Of a DNA stretch of 64,000 nt, positions 27,504 through 37,395 are shown piece by piece. The translations under genes and the position numbers were made by a program. The notes under the pieces are model-generated. The model ran no database searches. It saw only the letters and a list, made by a program, of their open reading frames with translations, and had not been told where the DNA came from. Source of the DNA: an uncultured Planctomycetia bacterium (GTDB lineage Bacteria; Omnitrophota; Gorgyraeia; 1-14-0-20-64-10); NCBI GenBank assembly GCA_964373715.1, contig CAYJVR010000001.1:333888-397887 (forward strand). Reading direction: 5' to 3'. Numbering within the stretch: position 1 is the first letter of the stretch; each line of letters opens with the position of its first letter.

Positions 27504-28514
27504 TTAAGCGCTCCTCAGTCCCGTGCTGATCTTCGTGTCCTGCTGCTGCCAGGCCTGCTTTGAATACCATTCGACGGTCCTCCTTAGCCCTTCATCAAAA
27601 GAGATTTTGGGTTGGAATCCCAGTTTTTGCAGTTTTCGCGTGTCGGGACAGCGGCGCGGCGTCCCTCCGGCGGCCTCTTTACAGGGAACGAGCCGGACGG
27701 CGCCCCCAAGGCACCGAGCGATCCGCTGGGCGACCTCGCTGATCGGAACCATCTCCATCGTTCCGATATGGTAGATGTTCATGTGTTCCCCTTTTTCGAA
27801 CAAAGTCATGAGCGCGTCGGTGAAGTCATCGGCGTAGATGAACGCGCGCATCTCGCCGCCGGAACCCTGGATCGGCAGCGGGATTTCGCCTGCCGGCGAG
27901 GAGGCCTTCATCTGGAGTATCCGGGCCGTCAACTGAGGGATCACGTGCTCCCAACCCATCGCCGGTCCGTAAACGTTGTGCGGCCGGAATATGATCGCCC
28001 GTTCCATTTCCTTTCCGCCGCCGTGGATCGTTAGCAGTTCCCCGAGGATTTTGCTGCCCCCGTAGGAATAGCGGGGGTTAAACGGGTCCGGCACACGCAA
28101 AGTCTCCGTCTCATCGGTCGGGACCCGTTCGGGGGTCTGGTACGCCTCCGAACTCGAGGCGAAGAAGAACTCCTTTACGCCGCTCTTGACGCAATTTTCC
28201 AGCACCGTCATAGTCCCTTTGACGCCGATTTCCAGCACCGTGCCCGGCTTCTCATAAAAGTGCCGGGTGCCGTTGACCGCCGCCAGATGGAAGACGGTCT
28301 CGGTCCCCTGCACTGCTTTCCGGACCGCGTCGTTGTCCCGGATGTCTCCTCTGACGATCTCCACCCCGGCGGCGGTTTCCCCGAGCCGGTCTGCCGACCC
28401 GCGCGAGGCGTCGTCAAGAACCTTGACGGCATGCCCCTGCTTCTGCAGCGCTTTTACCAGCGAGGCCCCCAGGAATCCGAGGCCGCCGGTGACGAGAATC
28501 CTTTTCGCTTTCAC
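27504..28514 (-). CDS. NAD-dependent epimerase/dehydratase (SDR), substrate unassigned
   Basis: 336 aa. ILVTGGLGFLGASL… and the YGGSK catalytic motif. Confidence 0.6.
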   Translation of the reverse strand: MKAKRILVTGGLGFLGASLVKALQKQGHAVKVLDDASRGSADRLGETAAGVEIVRGDIRDNDAVRKAVQGTETVFHLAAVNGTRHFYEKPGTVLEIGVKGTMTVLENCVKSGVKEFFFASSSEAYQTPERVPTDETETLRVPDPFNPRYSYGGSKILGELLTIHGGGKEMERAIIFRPHNVYGPAMGWEHVIPQLTARILQMKASSPAGEIPLPIQGSGGEMRAFIYADDFTDALMTLFEKGEHMNIYHIGTMEMVPISEVAQRIARCLGGAVRLVPCKEAAGGTPRRCPDTRKLQKLGFQPKISFDEGLRRTVEWYSKQAWQQQDTKISTGLRSA

Positions 28515-29068
28515 AGCTTTAATTTTCCCTTCATCACCGCCAGAGCGACGATTCCCATATGGGGCGCGTGGTTGAATTTCCCGGAGGTAATCAGTTTTTT
28601 AAGCTCCCGGGGGCTGCATAAAACTATTTCGATCCCCGGCTCGATCTTCCGTCCCTCGGGCCGGTGCGGCAGAGCCTTCGGGGCGAAATAGCACCAGAGC
28701 ATGTTTTCCAGCCTGCCGGAATCGGGATGCAGTTGGGCCAGAAACTCCATCCGCCCCTTCGAAGAGAATCCTGTCTCTTCCCAGAGTTCCCGCTCCATCG
28801 CCGCGCGCGGCGTTTCCCCCGCCTCCACGCAGCCGCTGGGCAGCTCGTAGGTGTATTTTTCCAGTACGGGCCGGAACTGCTTGACCAGCACCACGTACCC
28901 CTCTTTCGTCAGCGCGAGTGCCGAACAGTACTCGAGCGACTTCACTGAAAAGTAGGTTTCCGACCCTTTCTTCCAGGGGTAGATGACCTCTTTCTCCATC
29001 ACCTTGAACCAGGGAGATGAATAAGAGACCTTTTTGCGGACAATCTTCGGGTGTTTCGCGGAGCTCAT
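28511..29068 (-). CDS. NUDIX hydrolase
   Basis: 185 aa. Nudix box GCVEAGETPRAAMERELWEETG. Confidence 0.75.
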   Translation of the reverse strand: MSSAKHPKIVRKKVSYSSPWFKVMEKEVIYPWKKGSETYFSVKSLEYCSALALTKEGYVVLVKQFRPVLEKYTYELPSGCVEAGETPRAAMERELWEETGFSSKGRMEFLAQLHPDSGRLENMLWCYFAPKALPHRPEGRKIEPGIEIVLCSPRELKKLITSGKFNHAPHMGIVALAVMKGKLKL

Positions 29069-30168
29069 TTATGCACGGTTTCCGCTTTTTTACCATGGAC
29101 GGCGGCCGTTTTCTTGGCGGAAGCGGACGAGACCCTCCCTCGCTTCTTGAGGCGTTGCCAGCCAACCCATCGCCGCAGGGATCTCGCCGGGTGCAGATAA
29201 CTCTCGAGGCGCAGCGCTAATCCCGCCAGCAGATTGAATAGGCGTGTCTTAGACCCTCCCCGCCAGTTCTTCAAAAGCCTGAACAGTTCGTTTTCGCCGA
29301 TGCCCGACCTGTGTTTCAGGATGAACAGCGCCTCGTCGAGGTAATTCTTTTCGATCAGCACGATTGCCTGCGCTATCGCCCTGTGCCCGGAGGTGTTCCT
29401 GTTGACGTAGATCGCGTCGCAGGAGAGGGTCTGGCCGTAGCGGTCGGGCCAGCCGACGGCAGGGCCTACGCTGAACGGGTACTCCCTCTCTTTGTAGCCG
29501 ACCTGCGCCTGGACGGTTTCAAATTTCAGCAGGTCGAAGCCGAAGCTCCTTAAAAGCAGGTCCACATGGGAAAAGAGCTTCTGGTTCTTCCTGAACGGGA
29601 TGAAACAGACCTCCACCTTGATGACCGAGGTGTCGGCCAACAGGTCCCCCGCCCCTTCGAGTACCTCATACTCCATCCCCTCGACGTCAATCTTGAGGAA
29701 GTCCATGCGGGTGAGGCCGTTTTCCTTTGCGAACGACCCCAACGTCTTCACCTCAACCGGCGCCACTTTCTTGACCTGGAAGATCTCGTCGCCGAAGTTG
29801 GGGTGGTAGCGCCGCCCCTTCCAGATGATCTCACGCAGTCTTTCAATATCGGGTTCGATCAGGCCGACTGCCCCGGGTCCGTTGGTGATGTAGATTTTTT
29901 GAGTTCCGTTGATGTTTCCGACCGCGTAGGGAGAGTAGTGGGTTTCCGAGTATTTCGGAGCGGGGACTCCAAGCCAGGATACATCGGTATCTCCGTTTTT
30001 AAGCTTTTCGTACTCCTCCGGGTTCGGCTCGAACCCGTAGGCCTTCACGTACGGCGCGACCGCGGCCAACCCGAACATTCCGTTGCGGGCCCCCACATCC
30101 ACGTAGATCAGAGGCTCGCTTAAAGAGTTGAGAAGCTTTCGGCAGTGCGGGAGAAAGAGTCGGATCAT
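29065..30168 (-). CDS. FkbM-family SAM-dependent methyltransferase
   Basis: 367 aa. …YVDVGARNG… and FLKIDVEGMEYEVLEGAGDLL is the FkbM-domain signature. Confidence 0.65.
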   Translation of the reverse strand: MIRLFLPHCRKLLNSLSEPLIYVDVGARNGMFGLAAVAPYVKAYGFEPNPEEYEKLKNGDTDVSWLGVPAPKYSETHYSPYAVGNINGTQKIYITNGPGAVGLIEPDIERLREIIWKGRRYHPNFGDEIFQVKKVAPVEVKTLGSFAKENGLTRMDFLKIDVEGMEYEVLEGAGDLLADTSVIKVEVCFIPFRKNQKLFSHVDLLLRSFGFDLLKFETVQAQVGYKEREYPFSVGPAVGWPDRYGQTLSCDAIYVNRNTSGHRAIAQAIVLIEKNYLDEALFILKHRSGIGENELFRLLKNWRGGSKTRLFNLLAGLALRLESYLHPARSLRRWVGWQRLKKRGRVSSASAKKTAAVHGKKAETVHK

Positions 30169-30177
30169 CGTCTTGGT

Positions 30178-31326
30178 TTAACCTTTCGTTCGGAAAAACT
30201 CCTTGACGGTCCCCGTCACCCGGAGCAGATCCTCTTTTGTGAGTGAAATGGAAGAGGGCAGCCACAGCCCTTTCTTGGAAACTCGGAGTGCGTTCGGAAA
30301 CCGTTTTGCGTCCGCCCGGTAAGGGGGCAAAGTGTGTATCGGGAACCAGAACTTCCTCGTCTGGATCCCCTTCTTGAGCAGGAACTCCGCTAGTTCATCC
30401 CTCTTGTCGCAGAGGCAGTCAATCCATTGGGGCTGGTGTCCGGCCTTCAGATCGAACGGCACCAGATTGATGCCCTTGACGCCGTCGAGCTCCTCCCGGT
30501 ACCACTGGGTGAGCCGCTTCAGGTGCAGCAGGCGGTCCGGCAGTTTACCCAGCTGGGCCAGCCCGACCGCGGATTGCAGGTTCGTCAGCTTGAAATTATA
30601 GCCGACGACCGGATGCTGGTCCGCCCCTCCCGTCCCGGTATTCAGGCGGCCGTGGTCTTTCAGCTCTTTGACCCGATTGCGCGTTTTTTCATCGTTCGTC
30701 AAAACCGCGCCACCCTGCCCCGTCGTGATCAGTTTTGAAGAGGCAAACGAGAGAGCCCCGGCGTGGCCGATCGTCCCGAGAGATTTGCCGTGCCATGTTG
30801 CCCCCAGCGTTTCAGCGGCATCCTCAACGACCATGAGATTCTTTTTCTTCGCCAGAGAGAGGATCGTCTCCATATCGGCTGCCCGGCCGTTTACGTGGAC
30901 CGGTACAATCGCTTTGGTACGCAGGGTGATCGCCTTTGTCACCTGGTCAGGCTCAAGGCTGAAGTTTTCCGGGCAGACATCCACGAGAACAGGTTTAGCC
31001 CCGGCCAGTTTTACGGCGTTGGCTGTGGCGACAAAGGTGATGTCTGGGATAATGACCTCGTCGCCCGGCCTTATCCCGCATGCGGCCAGCGACAGGAAGA
31101 TGCCGGCTGTTCCGCTGGTGACGCCAACCGCGTGGGCGGCCCCGCAGAACCGGGCCAGCCGGCGCTCAAACTCCTCGGTCACTTCGCCGTCGTTGAGATA
31201 GTTACTTTCCAGCACCTTGAGAACCAGCCGCTGTTCCTCCGCTCCGAGAGAAGGCTCCCACCAGGGGATGAACTTTTCGGCCTGTTTCAACGTTGTGGCG
31301 GAGGATGCCTTCATTTTTTCAATCAC
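30178..31326 (-). CDS. DegT/DnrJ/EryC1/StrS-family PLP-dependent sugar aminotransferase
   Basis: 382 aa. …GVTSGTAGIFLSL…ALSFASSKLITTGQGGAV…. Confidence 0.7.
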   Translation of the reverse strand: MIEKMKASSATTLKQAEKFIPWWEPSLGAEEQRLVLKVLESNYLNDGEVTEEFERRLARFCGAAHAVGVTSGTAGIFLSLAACGIRPGDEVIIPDITFVATANAVKLAGAKPVLVDVCPENFSLEPDQVTKAITLRTKAIVPVHVNGRAADMETILSLAKKKNLMVVEDAAETLGATWHGKSLGTIGHAGALSFASSKLITTGQGGAVLTNDEKTRNRVKELKDHGRLNTGTGGADQHPVVGYNFKLTNLQSAVGLAQLGKLPDRLLHLKRLTQWYREELDGVKGINLVPFDLKAGHQPQWIDCLCDKRDELAEFLLKKGIQTRKFWFPIHTLPPYRADAKRFPNALRVSKKGLWLPSSISLTKEDLLRVTGTVKEFFRTKG

Positions 31327-32578
31327 CCTTCGTCGGCACGGTCATGGCCGGCTTGTTTTTTCTCGTGTTGTTGTTTGAGGAGGAGACCTCCTGTTTGTTC
31401 GCCGTTGTCATCCCCCAGATGTCCACAAAGTGGACATTCTGCGGGATTTTCAGGCTCCGGTAAGCGTCATGCGGCGCCCCCAGGATCACGATCCGGCAAG
31501 ATTTGAACAGCTCCTCTGGAGAAACGAAAGAGGGGTCCTTGATCAGCGCATCCGAGCAGAGCACCTTTGTTCCGTAGAAAAACAGCAGCTTTTTCAGTTT
31601 GTAAGCGAGTGAATCCCTGGCGTCATCTATGTTGGCTTTGAAGGCCATTCCGAGTATTCCGACCGTTTCTTTGGAAAGATCGAACGATTTCTTCAGTTCC
31701 TCAACGATGAACTGCGGCAGCCCTTCGTTGATCAGCATGGCTGCTTGCCCGAGCTGGAAATTCCGGTTGGTCATGCTGGAGAGCTGCAGCGTGTCTTTGA
31801 GAAGGCACGGTCCCGCGGTGAAACCGGGCAGAGGGAGGTCCTTTCCCCTCTCATAACCGCCAGTCATCGCTTCATGGATTCTGAAGAAATCCACCCCCTT
31901 TTGAACCGCCATCATGTAGAACTGATTGGCGATCGCGAAGTGGATGTAGCGCCAAGCGTTCAAGTAAAGCTTTGCCAGTTCCGCCTCCTCAACTTCCAGC
32001 TCCATGATCTGGCACCCGAGTTTTTTGAAGATCTGCGCGGCGAATTCGACCGCCTCTGCTGAAAATCCGGAGATGATCTGCGGGAGTTTTGTCAGCTCTT
32101 GAATCGCGTAGCCCTGGGAAATTCGCTCCGGGCAGTTAGACAGGTGGATTTTTGCGGGCAAAGAATCCAATATCCGCTTAAATTCCCTGCTCATACCCGG
32201 ACAGACGGTGCTGCGAATAATCAGGTGGTGGCCGTTCCTCAGGTGCGGAGAGATTTGCTTGACGACATCGAAAAGCGGGCCGGTTCTCGGGTTCTGGTAC
32301 TCGTCTACCGGCGTTCCGATGGTCACGACGATACCGTTTGAATTTTGCATCTCGGAGAGGCTGTCGGCGACGAAAAGGGTCTTATTCAAGACCTTCTTCA
32401 AGATAGGGTCGGCTCCGTACTCGATGAACGGCATCCGGCCTGCCCGGACGAGCTTGAGCCTTTCGGGATGGATATCGTACAGCTTGACCCGGATCCCCGC
32501 GTCAGCCAGCATGATTCCCAGAGGGAGGCCGACATGTCCGCACCCGCCGAGGATGAATATCTCCATCGTGTTTGTCAT
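31319..32578 (-). CDS. Nucleotide-sugar 6-dehydrogenase (UDP-glucose/GDP-mannose dehydrogenase family), divergent member
   Basis: 419 aa. N-terminal Rossmann fold IFILGGCGHVGLPLG. Central and C-terminal domains are of UDPG_MGDP_dh type. Confidence 0.55.
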   Translation of the reverse strand: MTNTMEIFILGGCGHVGLPLGIMLADAGIRVKLYDIHPERLKLVRAGRMPFIEYGADPILKKVLNKTLFVADSLSEMQNSNGIVVTIGTPVDEYQNPRTGPLFDVVKQISPHLRNGHHLIIRSTVCPGMSREFKRILDSLPAKIHLSNCPERISQGYAIQELTKLPQIISGFSAEAVEFAAQIFKKLGCQIMELEVEEAELAKLYLNAWRYIHFAIANQFYMMAVQKGVDFFRIHEAMTGGYERGKDLPLPGFTAGPCLLKDTLQLSSMTNRNFQLGQAAMLINEGLPQFIVEELKKSFDLSKETVGILGMAFKANIDDARDSLAYKLKKLLFFYGTKVLCSDALIKDPSFVSPEELFKSCRIVILGAPHDAYRSLKIPQNVHFVDIWGMTTANKQEVSSSNNNTRKNKPAMTVPTKGD

Positions 32579-32597
32579 GAGAGTGTCATATCTGTTT

Positions 32598-33149
32598 TTA
32601 TGGGTTGAATTCCGCTGTCAAGGCCGATTGTTTCATTTTGTTTTTGAATTGTTCCAATTGTTTCATCACGCTCTGCTTGTCTCGCCGAGTTATAAGACGG
32701 ATTGGGATTCCCGCGTAAACGGACCACGGCTCGAACGGGTATTCCGGGGGCACAAAGCTCAATGCTCCGATCGTCGTTCCCTCTGGGATATTGTTCTTTG
32801 GCATGATCACCGAATTGCTTCCGACCGCGGTGAAATCGACCATCGTGACATCTCCGGTAATAACATGCTCTTTGATCTCTTCCGCCCCGGGCGGTGGAAT
32901 AAAAATGAGGCCTTTCACGAAATCATCGCTGGTGCACCAGATCTTGACCCCGGCGGAAAGGCTGCAGAAGCTCCCCATCGTGAAGAGGCGGTCCTTCCCT
33001 CCGGCGATCGAGCAGCCGTTGGCGACGTGCGAGTAGTCGCCTATCTTGACTTTGGTCGAGAAATAGCAGAAATCGTCCACGATAGACCATTCGCCCACCT
33101 CAAAAGACTCCGGATGGCGGACCCGTATCTGCTTCGAAATGATTTTCAT
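32598..33149 (-). CDS. Hexapeptide-repeat (left-handed beta-helix) acetyltransferase, PglD/LegH/WbpD-like
   Basis: Start at MKIISKQIRV…. The repeats …KIGDYSHVANGCSIAGG… and …GDVTMVDFTAVGSNSVIMP… are LbH-type. The track's 64-codon N-terminal extension is a low-complexity artefact. Confidence 0.6.
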   Translation of the reverse strand: MKIISKQIRVRHPESFEVGEWSIVDDFCYFSTKVKIGDYSHVANGCSIAGGKDRLFTMGSFCSLSAGVKIWCTSDDFVKGLIFIPPPGAEEIKEHVITGDVTMVDFTAVGSNSVIMPKNNIPEGTTIGALSFVPPEYPFEPWSVYAGIPIRLITRRDKQSVMKQLEQFKNKMKQSALTAEFNP

Positions 33150-34483
33150 TGAGGCTGGTAACTCCTTTCCTTTTCCGGAGCGGGTGTTGGCGCCGGCAGC
33201 GGGCTGCCGGCGCAGCGCTGCAGCTCTTTCAATAACTTTGAGACGACCGCCGCAGGAGTAAAAATCTCTTCGTATGTCCTCCGTCCCCCTTCCCCTATCC
33301 GTTTTCTTAAATGAGGATCGTATAGGGCCTTTGTGACCCAATCAGATATCTCCTCCGGGGTGCCGCCCAGCAGAGTGTTACGCTCATGCCTGATTTCCGG
33401 CATGTAGCGGGTGTTGACCGTGTGGGCGACAACGCATGCGCCCAGCGACCAGGCGTGCAGGAATCTCGTGTGAACCCCCTTGTAGAAGCCGGTGTTGTTC
33501 GCAATCAGGAAAAGATGGGATGACCGGATCTCCTTATCAATGTCAGGAACCCATCCACGCCACTTCACCTCATCCCCCTGAAGCGATTTGGCCACGGAGG
33601 AGTAGGGCTGTCCGCGGCCGCAGATGTGCAGTTCAAAGTTTCCCGCGCCGAGTTTTTTGCGCAGCAGCGGTAGTATTTGAGTGCCGAGAGCATGCAAGCC
33701 GAACGTGTTTCCGGTGGAAAAAGGCCGTCCCACGCTGGCGAGAATCTTGAACGGCCGCCCCTTTTCCGATTCAGGGCTGGTTCCCCAGCGTCCCCGCGCG
33801 GTGTCCGGCCACATGTTCGGGATGTAGAGAGAATTTGCGTGGCCCATCTGCCGGTAGAACTCCGCATGAAACGCAGAAAGATTGCTGATCGCCCGGCAAT
33901 CTCTCATGAACCGCAGGTGGAAATTCAGCCGTTTTTTGTTTTCCCATCGATGAGCGGCCAACCGGATCTTCTCGGCAACTGACCGGCACGGGATATCAAA
34001 AAGCTCGGGGTTCTTAAACCTGGCTTCTCCGGCCGCGTGGTCGGGCATACCGTAATAGACGAACTTTGGGACAGACCGGATTTGGAACGAAGCGGCCAAT
34101 CCCTCCGGGTTCCAAAAGACAAAAAGGATATCTGCTCCGACCGATTTGACGCGGCACTCCAGCTCGTCTTTAAGGCATATCTCGGGATAAAGATCCTCCG
34201 GCTGGGTCAACACATATTTTTTGAGGCGGCGCATCAATCCTTTCCGTTTCGGATCGGTTGAGGCAGCAGGCAACAAAAGCGGCAGGACCTCCACCCCGCT
34301 ATTTGTCAAACGTTCTAGCTGTTTCTGGTCGGCTGCGGACTCCGAAGCGCGGTCGCGGAGAATCCTTTGATAAACGACAACATGGCCCTGCCGCATCATC
34401 TCCTGAATCGTCGCATTCAAGACGATGTGCGACGCCTGCCTTTCCGGATCCGGAATCGTTGAGCTGATCAGGAAGATGCGCAT
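33146..34483 (-). CDS. GT-B glycosyltransferase (GT1/GT4-like C-terminal domain)
   Basis: Start at [15 protein letters not shown]…. The C-terminus …HICGRGQPYSSV…GWVPDIDKEIRSSHLFLIANNTGFYKGVHTRFLHAWSLGACVV… resembles a Glycos_transf_1 domain. Confidence 0.5.
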   Translation of the reverse strand: MRIFLISSTIPDPERQASHIVLNATIQEMMRQGHVVVYQRILRDRASESAADQKQLERLTNSGVEVLPLLLPAASTDPKRKGLMRRLKKYVLTQPEDLYPEICLKDELECRVKSVGADILFVFWNPEGLAASFQIRSVPKFVYYGMPDHAAGEARFKNPELFDIPCRSVAEKIRLAAHRWENKKRLNFHLRFMRDCRAISNLSAFHAEFYRQMGHANSLYIPNMWPDTARGRWGTSPESEKGRPFKILASVGRPFSTGNTFGLHALGTQILPLLRKKLGAGNFELHICGRGQPYSSVAKSLQGDEVKWRGWVPDIDKEIRSSHLFLIANNTGFYKGVHTRFLHAWSLGACVVAHTVNTRYMPEIRHERNTLLGGTPEEISDWVTKALYDPHLRKRIGEGGRRTYEEIFTPAAVVSKLLKELQRCAGSPLPAPTPAPEKERSYQPQ

Positions 34484-35328
34484 CAGATTGTATCGGCGAA
34501 TGTTTTTTCCATGCGGCGGAAATAGTAAACACCGCTGACGAGCAGCACAGCCACGACCGCCATGGAAACCCCTAGTATCGGTCCCGGGCCGGCCTTTTTC
34601 CCCAAAAGCGCCCATCGGAAACCTTCCACAACACCGGCCATTGGGTTCATACCGTATAAGGCGCGCCATTTTTCAGGAACAAGACTGCTCGAATAGGTCA
34701 CAGGGGTGATGAAGAACCAGAATTGCGTGAGAAACGGGATTGTATACCGGACATCCCGGAACTGAACGTTCAGTGCCGAAAGCCATAACCCGACTGAGAG
34801 CGCGGTCGCCAGAGTGAGCATAATGAAGAAAGGCAGCGTCACAATCGCAGCGGTTGGGACGATGCCGTAAAAGGCCATCATCGCCAGCAGGATCACAAAG
34901 GCGATCGCGAAATCAATCACCCCCGCGAGAACCGCGGCCATCGGCACGATCAGCCGAGGGAAATAGACCTTCGTGATCAGATGCTGGTTCGCAACGAGGC
35001 TGTTGCCCGATTCGGTTAAAGCATGCGCGAACAGCTGCCATGGCAGCAGCGCGCAGAAGGCGAATACCGGATACGGGATCCCATCGGAGGGAATCCCGGC
35101 AAGCTTCCCGAAGAAAACGCTGAAGACCACCATCGTCAGGAACGGTTGGAGGATAGCCCAGGTTGCGCCCAGAACGGTCTGTTTATAGCGGACCTTGACA
35201 TCGCGCCAGACGAGAAAGAGCAGCAGTTCTCTCGCTTCCCATATCTCTTTCAGACGCAGCGGCACCCATCCTGTGGAAGGCCGGATCACCAGCGTGGGGG
35301 TGGATTCCGCGGGGGCGGCCTGGGTCAT
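34483..35328 (-). CDS. wzm: ABC-2 type polysaccharide exporter permease
   Basis: 281 aa with 6 TM helices. …[29 protein letters not shown]… matches the ABC2_membrane (KpsM/Wzm/TagG) signature. Confidence 0.75.
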   Translation of the reverse strand: MTQAAPAESTPTLVIRPSTGWVPLRLKEIWEARELLLFLVWRDVKVRYKQTVLGATWAILQPFLTMVVFSVFFGKLAGIPSDGIPYPVFAFCALLPWQLFAHALTESGNSLVANQHLITKVYFPRLIVPMAAVLAGVIDFAIAFVILLAMMAFYGIVPTAAIVTLPFFIMLTLATALSVGLWLSALNVQFRDVRYTIPFLTQFWFFITPVTYSSSLVPEKWRALYGMNPMAGVVEGFRWALLGKKAGPGPILGVSMAVVAVLLVSGVYYFRRMEKTFADTI

Positions 35329-36356
35329 GACTCGTCTCCATCCAGCAGCAGCTCGACCGGCCGGTCTTCCGGGAAACTCTTCGCGTGTTTTTCCCTCTCC
35401 GCCAGGTCGAGGTCATGCTTTGCCATGATCTTCACAAGCTCTTTAAACCGCACCTTTGGTTTCCAGCCCAGTTTCCGTTCGGCTTTTGAAGCGTCTCCGA
35501 TCAGCAGGTCCACCTCGGTCGGCCGCAGATACCTGGGGTCCGTTTTGACATGTTCCCGCCAATCAAGGCCGAGCAGGCTGAAAGTTTCTTCAACAAACTC
35601 CTCAACGGAATGCGTTTCACCGGTGGCGATCACATAATCGTCCGGCGTGCTTTGCTGCAGCATCCGCCACATCGCCTCGACGTATTCCGGTGCATAGCCC
35701 CAGTCCCTTTTGGCGTCCAGGTTCCCGAGGGTGAGGGTCTCCTGTAGGCCAAGCTTGATCCGGGTGGCCGCCCGCGTTATTTTCCGGGTCACGAAAGTTT
35801 CGCCCCTGCGCTCCGATTCGTGGTTAAAAAGAATGCCGTTGCACGCGAACAAACCGTAAGCCTCCCGGTATATCCGCGCGGTATAGTAGGCCAGCATCTT
35901 CGCGTTTGCATACGGGCTGACAGGGTTGAACGGGGTGGTTTCTTTCTGCGGGGTTTCAAGCACTCTCCCGAACTGCTCGCTGGAGGAGGCCTGGTAAAAT
36001 TTCGGTTTTATGCCGACATCCCGGATCGCCTCAAGCAACCGCAGGGTGCCGACGCCGACTATCTCGGTCGTGTATTCGGCGATTTCAAAGCTTGTCCTCA
36101 CATGGCTCTGCGCGCCGAGGTTGTAGATCTCGTCCGGCTGGATTTTTTTCAGCAGTTGGTTCAGAGAGGAGCCGTCATTGAGGTCCCCGTAATGGAGCTT
36201 CAGACGAGGGTCCGCGTAGATGTGGTCTATGCGGCCGGTGTTGAACGAGCTGGATCGCCGGATGATCCCGTGAACCTCGTAGCCCTTGCCGATCAGCAAT
36301 TCCGCCAGATAGGAGCCGTCCTGTCCCGTGATGCCGGTGATCAGCACTTTCTTCAT
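35325..36356 (-). CDS. gmd: GDP-mannose 4,6-dehydratase
   Basis: 343 aa. [21 protein letters not shown]…[10 protein letters not shown]…SPYANAKM… is near-colinear with Gmd. Confidence 0.85.
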   Translation of the reverse strand: MKKVLITGITGQDGSYLAELLIGKGYEVHGIIRRSSSFNTGRIDHIYADPRLKLHYGDLNDGSSLNQLLKKIQPDEIYNLGAQSHVRTSFEIAEYTTEIVGVGTLRLLEAIRDVGIKPKFYQASSSEQFGRVLETPQKETTPFNPVSPYANAKMLAYYTARIYREAYGLFACNGILFNHESERRGETFVTRKITRAATRIKLGLQETLTLGNLDAKRDWGYAPEYVEAMWRMLQQSTPDDYVIATGETHSVEEFVEETFSLLGLDWREHVKTDPRYLRPTEVDLLIGDASKAERKLGWKPKVRFKELVKIMAKHDLDLAEREKHAKSFPEDRPVELLLDGDES

Positions 36357-37297
36357 TTCGCAGCCGCCAGAATTCTTTGCTGGAACCAGGAAAGGGTCTG
36401 CCGGAGGCCGTCCTGCAAAGAGACGCGCGGTTCCCAGCCCAGCAGTTTCTTCGCGAGCGTGATATCCGGCCTGCGCCGTTCGGGGTCATCCACCGGCCTG
36501 GGAACGTAAGTGATCAGGCTCTTGCTGTTGGCGAGCCGGACGATCTCTTCGGCGATCTGCTTCATCGTCATCTCCTGCGGGTTGCCGATATTCACCGGCT
36601 CGTGGGGGCCTTTTTCCAGCAGCCGGATTAACCCTTCGATCAAGTCAGAAACAAAGCAAAACGAGCGGGTCTGGGACCCGTCACCATGGATCGTGATCGG
36701 CTCGTTCCGGATTGCCTGGCTCATGAACGCGGGAACTACTCTGCCGTCAGCGAGAGCCATTCTCGGCCCGTAGGTGTTGAAAATCCTGGCAATCCGGATC
36801 TCCACCGCGTGCATCCGGTAATAGGCCATGGCGAGGGCCTCGGCGAACCGTTTCGATTCATCGTAAGCTCCCCGAATTCCTATCGTGTTGACGTGCCCCC
36901 AGTAGTTTTCGGTCTGAGGGTGAACCTGCGGGTCGCCGTACACTTCGCTCGTCGAAGCCAGAAGATAGCGGCATTTCTTGTCCTTCGCCAGACCCAACGT
37001 GTTGTGGGAACCAAGCGCTCCGGATTTAAGGGTTTGAATCGGGTATTTCGTGTAGTAAACAGGAGAAGCCACCGAAGCCAGATGAAACACCGCGTCGAGA
37101 TTTCCGTCAACAGAGATGTATTTTGAAGCGTCAGACTCGAGAAGCTGAAAATGAGGATTTTTGAAAAACGGCTCGATATTTTCCCTTTTTCCGGTGAGGA
37201 AATTGTCCAGGCAGATGACAGAGTGCCCCTCTGAAAGCAGCCGTTCGCATAGATGTGATCCGAGGAAACCGGCCCCGCCGGTAACAAGAACTTTCAT
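36353..37297 (-). CDS. UDP-glucuronate decarboxylase (UDP-xylose synthase)
   Basis: Start at [21 protein letters not shown]…[10 protein letters not shown]…. The UXS/ArnA C-terminal-domain-like pattern is strong. GAGGG lies upstream of the ATG. Confidence 0.75.
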   Translation of the reverse strand: MKVLVTGGAGFLGSHLCERLLSEGHSVICLDNFLTGKRENIEPFFKNPHFQLLESDASKYISVDGNLDAVFHLASVASPVYYTKYPIQTLKSGALGSHNTLGLAKDKKCRYLLASTSEVYGDPQVHPQTENYWGHVNTIGIRGAYDESKRFAEALAMAYYRMHAVEIRIARIFNTYGPRMALADGRVVPAFMSQAIRNEPITIHGDGSQTRSFCFVSDLIEGLIRLLEKGPHEPVNIGNPQEMTMKQIAEEIVRLANSKSLITYVPRPVDDPERRRPDITLAKKLLGWEPRVSLQDGLRQTLSWFQQRILAAAK

Positions 37298-37377
37298 TTC
37301 AAACGATAACCCTCTGTTGGCGAATGAGATGTAGATTTTTATTTTATCATGCGGAGAACCAACTGAAAAGGCTATTT

Positions 37378-37392
37378 CCCTCTGGAAGAGGG
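37378..37392 (-). terminator. Short GC hairpin (CCCTCT-GGA-AGAGGG) 3 nt after the DegT stop, followed by an AT-rich stretch; weak candidate terminator or internal promoter region
   Basis: A 6-bp stem with a 3-nt loop. The downstream transcript has only a short U-run (aaauagccuuuucag). The spacer 37298-37395 is the most AT-rich segment of the cluster. Confidence 0.2.
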
Positions 37393-37395
37393 GGG

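Noticed and set aside
28599-29165. 188-aa minus-strand ORF overlapping the NUDIX gene in another frame. The 220-aa ORF at 52993..53655 inside the DUF1015 gene is similar.
   Set aside because: They are alternative-frame shadows of real genes, low-complexity and Arg/Gly-rich, with no motifs.
37298-37395. AT-rich 98-bp spacer upstream of uxs, as a confident internal promoter
   Set aside because: The candidate -35 and -10 hexamers (TTGGTT, TAAAAT) have poor spacing. I kept it only as a weak hairpin/terminator note.
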